From: Malacoraja senta
Lineage: Eukaryota
Reading direction: 5' to 3'
NCBI GenBank assembly: GCA_038087875.1
Contig: CM075995.1
Span: forward strand, 8,868,001 to 8,932,000
Length of the DNA stretch: 64,000 nucleotides
The notes under the pieces were generated by a model. It worked only from the letters and a program-made list of their open reading frames with translations, made no database searches and was not told the origin of the DNA. Of the stretch, positions 52,427 through 64,000 are shown piece after piece. Within the stretch, counting starts at the first letter, position 1; the number at the start of each line of letters is the position of its first letter. A program made the position numbers and the translations under genes.

Positions 52427-54136
52427 AGTCAAGTGAGTTTATTGTCATGTGTCTCTGGTAGGACAATGAAATTCTTGCTTTGCTTCAGCACAACAGAACA
52501 TAGTAGGCATTGACTACAAGGCATTCTATAAATATATACACACATGAGTCAATATACTGATAAAGTGCAAATAACAGTATTGGCTAATAAAGTTCAGTGT
52601 TATGTCCGAGCCAGGTTTAATAGCCTGATGGCTGTGGGGAAGTAGCTATTCCTGAACCTGGTCGTTGCAGTCTTCAGGCTCCTGTACCTTCTACCTGAAG
52701 GTAGCAGGGAGATGAGTGTGTGGCCAGGATGGTGTGGGTCCTTGATGATACTGCCAGCCTTTTTGAGGCAGCGACTGCGATAGATCCCCTCGATGGAAGG
52801 GAGGTCAGAGCCGATGATGGACTGGGCAGTGTTTACTACTTTTTGTAGTCTTTTCCTCTCCAGGGCGCTCAAGTTGCCGAACCAAGCCACGATGCAACCG
52901 GTCAGCGCATGCTCTCTACTGTGCACCTGCAGAAGTTAGAGAGAGTCCTCCTTGACAAACCGACTCTCCGTAATCTTCTCAGGAAGTAGAGGCGCTGATG
53001 TGCTTCCTTAATAATGGCATCAGTGTTCTCGGACCAGGAAAGATCTTCAGAGATGTGCACGCCCATGAATTTGAAGCTCTTGACCCTTTCAACCATCGAC
53101 CCGTTGATATAAACGGGACTGTGGGTCCCCATCCTACTTCTTCCAGTCCACAATCAGTTCCTTGGTTTTGCTGGTGTTGAGGGCCAGGTTATTGTGCTGG
53201 CACCATATGGACAGTTGCTCGATCTCTCTTCTATACTCTGACTCATCCCCATCAGTGATACGTCCCACAACAGTGGTGTCGTCAGCGAACTTGATGATGG
53301 AGTTCGCACTATGTCCGGCTACGCAGTCATGAGTATAGAGTGAGTACAGCAGGGGGCTGAGCACGCAGCCTTGAGGTGCTCCCGTGCTAATTGTTATAGA
53401 GTCTGACACATTTCCACCAATACGAACAGACTGTGGTCTGAGAGTGAGGAAGTCGAGGATCCAATTGCAGAGGGATGCGCAGAGACCCAGTTCTGCGTGT
53501 TTGGTAACCAGCTTGGAGGGGATGATTGTATTAAATGCCGAGCTGTAATCGATGAATAACAGCCTGACATATGAGTTTTTGTTGTCCAAGTGGTCCAGAG
53601 CGGAGTGGAGGGCCAGCGAGATCGCATCCACCCGTTGATCTGTTGTGGCGGTAAGCGAACTGCAGTGGGTCCAGGTTTTTGTTGAGGTAGGAGTTGATCT
53701 GCGTCATGATCAACCTCTCAAACTTCATCACCACAGGCGTTAGTGCCACAGGTCGATAGTCATTGAGGCACATCACCTTACTCTTCTTGGGCACTGGTAT
53801 AATTGATGCCCTTTTGAAGCAGGTGGGAACCTCAGACCTCAGAAGTGAGAGGTTGAAAATGTCCGTTAAATACTCCAGCCAGTTGGTCCGCACAGGTTTT
53901 TAGAACACGACCAGGTATACCATCAGGCCCAGGAGCTTTTCGAGGGTTCACCCCTCTGAAGGATTTCCTGACGTCGGCCTCTGTGACTGAGACTGAAATA
54001 CCATCACAGTGAATGGGGGCTCGGGAAGGCACATCGGTGTTCTCCCTATCAAAGTGTGCGTAAAACGCATTGAGCTCATCAGGGAGTGATGTTTCGCCGA
54101 CATTCGAGCTGCCTCCTGATTTCGCCTTGTACCGCA
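52427..54136 (-). mobile_element. 5'-truncated Rex1/Babar LINE inserted into the L1 endonuclease region
   Basis: [41 protein letters not shown] motifs and (ACTTG)n-like tail. It splits the L1 peptide DYS|IPHSVYSRID. Confidence 0.9.
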
Positions 54137-57100
54137 ATACCGCACTCAGTTTACTCCAGAATAGACCATTTCGTAATGCAGAAAGAAGACTGTTATAGGG
54201 TAACGGATTGCAGAATTGGTGTGGCAGACGTATCAGACCATAATGCCATATTCTTAACAATTCAAATGGACAGTGGAAGGAAAACACAGTGTGGCGATTA
54301 AATGTTGGAATACTGAATGATAAAACAACTGTTAATGGCATTAAATTGGAAATCAAAAGTTATCTAGAGGAGAATGACAATGGGGAGGTGGACCCATCCA
54401 TACTATGGGACTCATTGAAGGCTGTAATACGAGGTAGGTTAATAGCTAGGGCATCATATATTAAAAAGGCCAGAATGAAAACATATAATAAGTTGATATT
54501 AGACCTGAAGGATTTAGAACAGAAGTACAAAAATAATAAGGACCAGAGAACTTATAAACAAATAGAAAATTTGAGGGGACAAATGCACGGAATATTGGGT
54601 CAAGAGGTGGAGAAAAAAGCAAGATTTGTAAAACAGGCACATTATGAGCTAGGTGCTAAATCCACTAAAATACTTGCCCGGAGGCTACGCAAACAACAGG
54701 CTGACAACACCATACACAAAATTAAGGACCCCCTGTACACAGTAATTGAAGAGTGATCCAAAAGAAATAGAATATATCTTAGATAATAGACAATAGGTGC
54801 AGGAGTAGGCCATTCGAGGAATCTTCCAGGAATATTATAAGGAATTATATACACAAACCTCTACAGTAGATGGGGAATCAATGAGGACTTTTTTTAAGTA
54901 CGATAGATCTGCCCTGTATTGGAGAGACACAAAATAAAATAATCACAGCAGAAATATCGCTGGAGGAGATAGAGAAGGCAATTGGTGGGATGAAAACAAA
55001 CAAGGCCCCAGGCAGCGAAAGTTTCCCTGTAGTATGGTATAAAATATTTCGGAATGAGCTGAACCCACTTCTTCTGAGAACCTTTAACTGGATTATCAAA
55101 GAAGGCAAGACACCCCCGTCATGGAAAGAGGCAATTATAATATTAATCCCCAAAGAGAACAAAGACAAGGAAAATTGTACCAACTACAGACCGATATCAA
55201 TTCTAAATGTGGACTATAAATTATATTCTTCAATTATCTCCAAACGATTTGAAACGTTCATGCCAGATGTAATTGATGAAGACCAGACTGGTTTTATAAT
55301 AGGCAGACAAACACAGGACAGTATTAGAAGAATCCTACATATAATACACAAGATTCAAAAGGAAAGTACGCACGCTGTCCTGATAAGCCTAGATGCGGAG
55401 AAGGCTTTCCATAGGGTTAATTGGGATTTCTTATATCAAACACTAGAAAGATTTGGCTTTACTGAAGATTCAATGCAAGTTATTAAAGCAATTTACCAGC
55501 AACCTACTGCAAGAGTAAAGGTGAATGGGTCCTTAACTGAGAGATTTGTGTTAGGAAGAGGAACGAGACAGGGATGTTGTCTCAGCCCTACCCTGTTTGC
55601 TATATATATTGAACCATTGGCTCAAGCGATTCGTCAAGATAGGGAACTGAGGGGAGTAACTATAAGAGACAAAGAACATAAAATTGGCCTTTTTGCAGAT
55701 GACGTAATGATGTATCTCACGGAAGTAAACGCCTCCTTTCCAAGGATGATGGGGATCATAGAGAAATTTGATTTTTATGCAGGATATAAAGTGAATATTT
55801 CAAAAACTCAAACCCTCCTATTTAATTGTGCTCCTCCAGAAGAAATCAAACAAAAGTATAATATTAAATGGGATTCAAAATGAATCAAATACCTAGGGAT
55901 ATATATAACAAAAAATATATCAATGTTGTATGGGGCCAATTATAATCACATCAACCAAAACATAAGAAAGGATATAGAAAGATGGTCCATCTACCCAATG
56001 GATTTTAGTAGTAAGATAAATGTGGTGAACATTAATATTTTGCCAAGACTATTGTACTTGTTTCAATCTCTGCCAATAGAGATACCATTAAAACAATTCA
56101 CGGAATGGGATAAATTAATATCTCGATTTACTTGGGGAGGGAAGAAGGCCAGAGTTCGATACACTACACTCCAGTTGCCAAAGGACAAAGGTGGAATGGC
56201 ACTTCCAAATTTTAGGATATATTTCTATGCAGCCCAACTTCGACCACTAATTAATTGGTGTCAGGACAGCTATATAGCTAGGTGGAAAGAGATTGAGACA
56301 TATATCCCTGACTTCCACATCCAAACACTCTTGGGAGAAAAAGTGCTTCCTGGACATATCAGGAGTATAATCGATCCAATAACGATATTTACTTTAGAAA
56401 CCTGGTTTGCTCTTACCAGACAACTTAAACTGAATAAAGGACAAAAAGTTTTAAGATGGATAGCTGTGGATAATGAATTTAAACCAGGGATGTATGACTC
56501 AACATTTAAAGAGTGGATGAAGAAAGGAATGACTGCATTTTGTACTGTTATTGAAAATGGAGACCTAAGAAGTTTTCAAGATTTGAAGGATAGATTTGCA
56601 CTTCGGAACCAAGACTTGTTTAGATCCCTCCAACTGAGAGATTATTACAATAAAAAAATAAAAAGGGAGGCACTAGAAGAAAAGAATCCAGTGACAGTTA
56701 ATACGTATCATCAAAAACCATCAAGGATTATTTCTAAACTTTATCATAGTTTAATGGAATGTCAAGCTAAAACTACATTGTATGTCAAATTTAAGTGGGA
56801 AAAGGAATTGAACATCACAATCTCAGAAGAAGAATGGCATCATGTGTGGGTAACACTACAGACATCCACTAATTCACAAAAATGGAGAATTTAATTGGAA
56901 ATTTTTGATTTGTTTCTTTAGTACGCCTAACATAAAAAGCAAGCAAATTCTAAGGCAGCAAATATGCTGGAGGCAATGTGGCCAAACAGACGCAAATCAT
57001 GCACATCTCTTCTGGAGTTGCCCAAAAATAGAACCATTTTGGGACAGAGTGAATTCAGAATTAAAGGAGGTATTAGGATATATAGTCTCCAAGAAGTGTT

Positions 57101-57432
57101 CCATTTTATACCTGGGTAATATAACTACGATGGTGTTGAAGGAAGATCATTACTTGGTTAAAATCCTACTCACAGCTGGCAGAAAGGCCATTACAAGAAA
57201 CTGGCTTGCAGCGGACACACCCAGACTTTGACAATAGTTAGACATAGTACAGGAAATATTTGTCATGGAGAAAATTACATTCTCTAAGAGTGAAAGAAGA
57301 CTAGTTTAACAGAAAATGGGGAAAATGGATTTAGGTATAGAAATAAAGACATCAACACTGTATAATTTTATTGACAATACTGTAAGGTATTGGAAAATGT
57401 TTTAATAAGAAAATAGTTCTGTATACTGCATC

Positions 57433-58080
57433 ATGGAATGTTGGCCTTCATAACAAGAGGATTTCAGTATAGGAGTAGAGAGGTTCTTCTGCAGTTGTAT
57501 AGGGCTCTGGTAAGACCACATCTGGAGTATTGTGTACAATTTTGGTCTCCTAATTTGAGGAAGGACATCCTTGTGATTGAAGCAGTGCAGCGTAGGTTCA
57601 CGAGATTGATCCCTGGGATGGCGGGACTGGCATATGAGGAAAGATTGAAAAGACTAGGTTTGTATTCACTGGAGTTTAGAAGGATGAGGGGGAATCTTAT
57701 AGAAACATATAAACTTATAAAAGGACTGGATAAGCTAGATGCAGGAAAAATGTTTCCAATGTGGGGAGAGTCCAGAACCAGGGGCCACAGTCTTAGAATA
57801 AAGGGGAGGTCATTTAAGACTGAGGTGAGAAAAAACTTTTTCACCCAGAGAGTTGTGAATTTGTGGAATTCCCTGCCACAGAGGGCAGTGGAGGCCAAAT
57901 CACTGGATGGATTTAAGTGAGAGTTAGATAGAGCTCTAGGGGCTAGTGGAGTCAAGGGATATGGGGATAAGGCAGGCACGGGCTATTGATTGGGGATGTT
58001 CAGCCATGATCACAATGAATGGCGGTGCAGGCTCGAAGGGCCGAATGGCCTCCTCCTGCACCTATTTTCTATGTTTCTAT
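57433..58080 (+). mobile_element. CR1 3' fragment inserted in the L1 3'UTR
   Basis: LVRPHLEYCVQFWSP...RVVNLWNSLP plus CR1 tail; flanking atcat repeats. Confidence 0.9.
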
Positions 58081-59669
58081 CATAAATTGTAAACTGAACC
58101 CCACGCTACAATGATGTACGATTCACTTCATTGTTGTATGTTTCGTTGCTATATTTGTGTATGCATAAAAGCAATAAAGACTAAAGTGGAAAGACTTTAC
58201 TTTGGAATTGAGATACAAGGTGGAAACATGGTCTTCGGCCCACCGAGACTGCGCCGAGAGCAGTGATCACCCCCATACACTAGCACTATCCGACACACTG
58301 GGGACAATTTTCAATTTTTACCGAAGCCAAATAACCTACAAACCCGCACTTCTTTAGAGCTTGGGAGGAAACTGGAGCACCCGGGGAAAACCCACGCGGT
58401 CACAGGGAGAATGTACAAACTCTGCACGTCACAGGGAGAACGCACAAACGTATTCAAGACACTTATTCATGCAAACACCAGCGTTCCCAATCGTAATATA
58501 ATTCAGCTTACAATTAGTAACAAACAATTAGGATAAGATTTGACAAGTACATATAGCACTTCTAGGGAACTCCAACCTCAGCCCTTCATCACCAGCTACT
58601 AACGTGCAATTCTTGCTATTGAGGGAGAGCAGCGTAGGTTTACAAGGTTAATTCCCGGGACTGTCATATGTTGATAGAATGGAGCGGCTGGTCTTGTATA
58701 CTCTGGAGTTTAGAAGGATGAGAGGGGATCTTATTGAAACATATAAGATTGTTAAGGGTTTGGACACGCTAGAGGCAGGAAACATGTTCCCGATGTTGGG
58801 GGAGTCCAGAACCAGGGGCCACAGTTTAAGAATAAGGGGTAAGCCATTTAGAACAGAGACAAGGAAACACTTTTTCTCACAGAGAGTTGTGAGTCTGTGG
58901 AATTCTCTGCCTCAGAGGCCGGTTCTCTGGATACTTTCAAGAGGAAGCTAGATAGTGCAGTTAAAGATAGCGGAGTCAGGGGATATGAAAAGGCAGGAAC
59001 GGGGTACTGATTGGGTATGATCAGCCATGATCACATTGAATGGCGGTGCTGGCTCGAAGGGCCGAATGGCCTCCTCCTGCACCTATTTTCTATGTTTCTA
59101 ATAAGGGGTCGGCCATTTAGGAATGAGATGAGGAAAAACTTTTTCCATCCAGAGTTGTGAATCTGCGGAATTCTCTGCCTCAGAAGGCCGATTCACTGGA
59201 CGTTATCAAGAGTTAGTTTTAGCTCATAGGGTCAACGGAATCAAGCAATATGGGGTGGGGGGGGAGCAGGAACTGGGTACTGATTGTGGATGATCAGCTA
59301 TCATATTGAATGCCGGTGCTGGCTCGAATGGTCTACTCCTGCACCTATATTTCTGTGTTTCGGACAGCACCCGTAGTCAGGATCGAACCCGGGTCTCTGG
59401 TGCTGCGAAGGCAGCGACTCTACCGCTGCGCCACCGTGCAGTGGTGAGTTGATAGAATACCGAACGCACGACAGCAGCAGTGAAGACAAAACTTGGCGAC
59501 GGAAAGGGAAACAGCGAAGCACGATTCCGCAGCACTGGCGCCATAGAATGGACAAATGGCACATGGAGGGCCTACAGCCTCAACGTGATAGGGTTTAGAT
59601 TAATATTATCACTTATAAAAAGGTCTTGCCTCTGTCTGAAAACAATACTTGTATACTCTGTGCAACTAA

Positions 59670-60067
59670 AGTGCTGGAGTAACTCAGCAGGTCAGGCAGC
59701 ATCTGTGGAGAACATGGATAGGTGACGTTTCACAGAGTGCTGGAGTAACTCAGCGGGTCAGGCAGCATCTGTGGAGAACATGGATAGGTGACGTTTCACA
59801 GAGTGCTGGAGTAACTCAGCGGGTCAGGCAGCATCTGTGGAGAACATGGATAGGTGACGTTTCACAGAGTGCTGGAGTAACTCAGCGGGTCAGGCAGCAT
59901 CTGTGGAGAACATGGATAGGTGACGTTTCACACAGTGCTGGAGTAACTCAGCGGGTCAGGCAGCATCTGTGGAGAACATGGATAGGTGACGTTTCACAGA
60001 GTGCTGGAGTAACTCAGCGGGTCAGGCAGCATCTGTGGAGAACATGGATAGGTGACGTTTCACAGAG
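59670..60067 (-). repeat. 66-bp tandem array (6 units)
   Basis: Directly visible. Confidence 0.95.
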
Positions 60068-60714
60068 AACCCAAGTCAGGCAGCATTGTGGCGCAGCGGT
60101 AGAGTTGCTGCCTCACAGCGCCAGAGACCAGTTCGATCCTAACTACAGGTGCTGTCTGTACGTTCTCCGCATGACCTGTGGATTTTCTCCGAGATCTTGT
60201 TTCCCCCCCCCACCACACTCCAAAGATGCACAGGTTTCTTAGTTAAATGGGTTGTTATAAATGAAAAATAAATTGCCCTTAGTGTGTGTAGTAGGGTAGT
60301 GGTAATGTGCGAGGATCACTGGTCAGTACAGACTCTGTGGGCCAAAGGGCCTGTATCTGCATTGTCCCTCCAAATCAATCAAACAGATTTTTTGATTAGT
60401 GCAAGAAGGAACTGCAGATGCTGGTTTAAACCATAGACACAAAATGCTGGAGTAACTCAGCGGGACAGGCAGCATCTCTGGAAAGAAGGAATGGGTGACG
60501 TTTCGGGTCGAGACCCTTCTTCAGATTCGTACGGGTGGCAGGGGTAATGGGGAGAAGGCAGGAGAATGGGGTTGAGGGAAAGATAGATCAGACTCAATTG
60601 AATGGCAGAGTAGACCCGATGGGCCAAATGTCCTCATTCAGCTCCTAGAACTTACGAACCAGGTTCCTTTGTTGCCCAAGTAAAGAGGGAAGACACAAAG
60701 GCAGGAGATGAAGG

Positions 60715-60720
60715 TTTATT
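60715..60720 (-). terminator. Candidate polyadenylation signal of the TRNAU1AP-like gene
   Basis: AATAAA on the minus strand ~200 nt after the stop, followed by GU/U-rich sequence. Confidence 0.45.
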
Positions 60721-60919
60721 TATCCAAGGCAATGAGAACTATACAAAAATGGAAAACAATTCACAGCACAGATTGAAATTTGCAATACGGGAACAAAAAT
60801 AAAATTAATATACAGAATGTAGGCAATGCAATTTTTCCAGAAGATGCGACTCAAAATAATTGCATACAGCTGTAATTTTCTCAGATATTGTCAGGAATTA
60901 TGTTACAAGAGACGTTTTA

Positions 60920-61072
<153 letters not shown>

Positions 61073-61173
61073 TCAGTCAATTTGCAAATTAAAAAAAAAC
61101 AAAAAAAAACAAGTTCTCTTCCACAATCAGGACCATAACACCATGCAATTCAGTAAACATCTTCTGAGAAGGA

Positions 61174-61840
61174 CACAGAGTGCTGGAGTAACCCAGCGGG
61201 TCAGGCAGCATCTGTGGAGAACATGGATAGGTGACGTTTCACAGAGTGCTGGAGTAACTCAGCGGGTCAGGAAGCATCTGTGGAGAACATGGATAGGTGA
61301 CGTTTCACAGAGTGCTGGAGTAACTCAGCAGGTCAGGAAGCATCTGTGGAGAACATGGATAGGTGACGTTTCACAGAGTGCTGGAGTAACTCAGCGGGTC
61401 AGGAAGCATCTGTGGAGAACATGGATAGGTGACGTTTCACAGAGTGCTGGAGTAACTCAGCAGGTCAGGAAGCATCTGTGGAGAACATGGATAGGTGACG
61501 TTTCACAGAGTGCTGGAGTAACTCAGCGGGTCAGGCAGCATCTGTGGAGCGAAGGAAATGGGCAAACTTTCGGGCCGAAACCCTGAAGGAAATAGGCAAC
61601 GTTTCGGGCCGAAACCCGGAAGGGTTTCGGGCCGAAACGTTGCCTATTTCCTTCGCTCCATAGATGCTGCCGGAACATGGATAGGTGACGTTTCACAGAG
61701 TGCTGGAGTAACTCAGCGGGTCAGGTAGCATCTGTGGAGAACATGGATAGGTGACGTTTCACAGAGTGCTGGAGTAACTCAGCAGGTCAGGAAGCATCTG
61801 TGGAGAACATGGATAGGTGACGTTTCAGGTCGGGACCTTT
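61174..61840 (-). repeat. 66-bp tandem array with internal fold-back cassette, in the last intron of the TRNAU1AP-like gene
   Basis: Cassette at 61535-61670. Confidence 0.95.
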
Positions 61841-63794
61841 CTGTGGACCTTCTCTGAAGCTAGTGATCCAAAGAACAGCAGGCAAGTTTCCCCCACCCCA
61901 ACACAACTTCTTGCACGGAGATGGCAGTGTGCCTTTGCCGCAAGCTGCCAAAGGAGGTACTCGAGACAGACACTACAACACCATTTAAATTACACTTAAA
62001 AGCCAGTCTTCAATTATTGCATCAGTTGTGTAGTGCAGGCAAGATGCACATTAAAAAAAAAAAAAAAAATCTCAATATAAAGTTTTCTCCACTGTCAGAA
62101 ATTTCCCAACATGGGTCAGAGGGTGGTGAATATGTGGAATTCATTGCCACAGACAGTTGCGGAAGTCACGTCAGCAGATATATTTGTACGGCAGAGATAG
62201 ATAGATCCTTGATTAGTACGGGTGTCAGAGGTTATGGGGAGAAGGCAGGAGAATGTGGTTAGGAGGGAGATAGATCAGCCGTGAATGAATGACAGATTAG
62301 ACTCAATGGGCCGATTGGCCTCATTCTTTTCCTATCCCTTATGACCTTATGTACCCAGTATTGGTGGGAAGACACTTCCTTTATGATCTTATGACATGAA
62401 AAGTTAACAAATGTATTTTAAAGGTGGTTATTGTACTTGCTCTGGCAGTTTTGTTTTCCATATACCAAACACCCTCTGAAGAAACACAGGCTTGTAGGTT
62501 AATTGGCTTCTGTAAATTGTCCCTAGTGTGTGTAGGATAGTGCTAGTGTACGGGGTGATCGCTGGTCAGCGTGGACTCGGTGGGCCGAAGGGCCTGTTTC
62601 CACACTGTATCCCTGAAGTCTAAAGATACTAAACCTTCACTGCAAATCCAAACCGAGCACAATACCCCAAATGTGGCCTCAATGTCTTGTACAGATACTT
62701 GAAGCAATAAGTCAAATGGTGCAGATAACTAGAGATACACAGCACAGAAACAGGCCCTTCAGCCCAACTTGCCCACTGGCCAACATGCCCCATCTACACT
62801 AGTCCCACCTGCCTGCATTTGGCCCATATTCCTCTATATCCATGATATCCAAACATCACCCATTTTTTATCTCCAGAGATGCTGCCTGTCCCACTCCAGC
62901 AATCTGTGTCTATCAATGATAGGATACACATCTTCCTTAGGGCTTACTACAGGTTGGATGAGTGGGCAGATGCCGTTTAATGTGGATCAATGCGAGGTTA
63001 CTGAAAGTAAGCATGGAGGTACAGCAGGTAGTGATGAAAGTGAATGGCATGTTGGCCTTCATAACACGAGGAGTTGAGTATAGGAGCAAAGAGGTCCTTC
63101 CGCAGTTGTATTGGGTCGTAGTGAGACCACACCTGGAGTATTGTGTGCAGTTTTGGTCTCCAAATTCTTGCTATCAGGGAGTGCAGCGTAGGTTCACAAG
63201 GTTAATTCCCGGGATGGCAGGACTGTCATATGCTGAGCGAATGGAGCAACTGGGTTTGTATACTCCGGAATTTAGAAGGATGAGAGGATATCTTATTGAA
63301 ACATACAAGATTATTAAGGGTTTGGACACACTAGAGGCAGGAAACATGTTCCCGATGTTGGGGGAGTCCAGAACCAGGGGCCACAGTTTCAGAATAAGGG
63401 GCAAGCCAGTTAGAACGGAGATGAGGAAACACTTTTTCACACAGAGTGGTGAGTGTGGAATTCTCTGCCTCAGAGGGCGGCGGAGGCCGGTTCTCTGGAT
63501 ACTTTCAAGAGAGAGCAAGATAGGGCTCTTAAAGATAGCGGAGTCAGGGGATATGGGGAGAAGGCAGGAACGGGGTACCGATTGGGGATGATCAGCCATG
63601 ATCACATTGAATGGCAGTGCTGGCTCGAAGGGCCGAATGGCCTACTCCTGCACCTATTGTCTAAATCTAATTTCGCAGCGATAAATGAAAACAATTTTCT
63701 CAATATTTTTAGCTTTTCCAAGTCACCACAAACACAACAAATATCACAAGGACAGGCTGCGTAATGAAGAAATCAATGCTGAATATAGGCTCAC

Positions 63795-63840
63795 CTTCTA
63801 CACACTCCTCTTCAGTTTCCTCAGTCAGTGCGGGGTTTTG
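63795..63840 (-). CDS. Penultimate exon of the TRNAU1AP-like gene
   Basis: ttcag|QNPALTEETEEECVE+G|gtgag. The phase-1 end joins the next exon to give E-D-P. An alternative in-frame acceptor lies 6 nt upstream (exon start 63846). Confidence 0.7.
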
Positions 63841-64000
63841 CTGAAACTGAATAAGTTTAGAGTTTAATTTATTATTGTCACACGAGGTCCAGTGAAAAGA
63901 TTTATGTTGCGTGCCATCCAGTCAGTGGAAAAACTAGATACAGATACAGGATAAAGGGAATAACGTTTAGTGCAAGGTAAAGCCAGTAAAGATAGTCCAA

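Larger units (their letters stand above)
52248..58191 (+). mobile_element. 5'-truncated, decayed L1-clade LINE (ORF2 remnants) carrying nested insertions
   Basis: DVWR/YSRID/SDH/WRLN endonuclease pieces, RT (LDAEKAF, GTRQGCCLSP, FADD), C-terminal CWRQC...HLFWSC knuckle, AATAAA at ~58173. 20-bp TSD agactttactttggaattga at 52228-52247 and 58192-58211. Confidence 0.9.

Overview
Vertebrate genomic DNA, most likely a cartilaginous fish such as a skate or ray (inferred from its HE1/V-SINE-like SINEs, CR1, Rex1, L2, L1 and Penelope repeats). Most of the window is repeats. Three host genes are recognisable. (1) The last exon of a MARCHF11-like E3 ligase (+, 838-1163). (2) The complete 4-exon CDS of TMEM108/retrolinkin (-, 22900->5741, 506 aa). 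(3) The last two exons of a TRNAU1AP/C6orf52-family gene (-, 63840->60920). Other content: a near-intact full-length CR1 LINE in the last TMEM108 intron, a nested L1>Rex1>CR1 stack with a 20-bp TSD, hAT and PIF/Harbinger MITEs, RTE-derived short elements, and a 200-N gap flanked by a ~3.7 kb duplication (probable assembly overlap). Four observations stand out. (a) About 14 dispersed, highly homogeneous arrays of a 66-bp unit derived from the Penelope terminal repeat, often headed by a minimal hammerhead-ribozyme motif. Two of these arrays share a near-identical fold-back cassette, suggesting the arrays move or homogenise as a unit. (b) A fragment of that repeat family inserted in frame, with an 8-bp TSD, inside the TMEM108 coding exon. 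(c) A canonical U_UUA_AAC slippery heptamer at the CR1 ORF1 stop with ORF2 open in the -1 frame. (d) A uORF whose stop overlaps the TMEM108 start codon. Gene and family names rest on my recall of homologous sequences, not on database searches.
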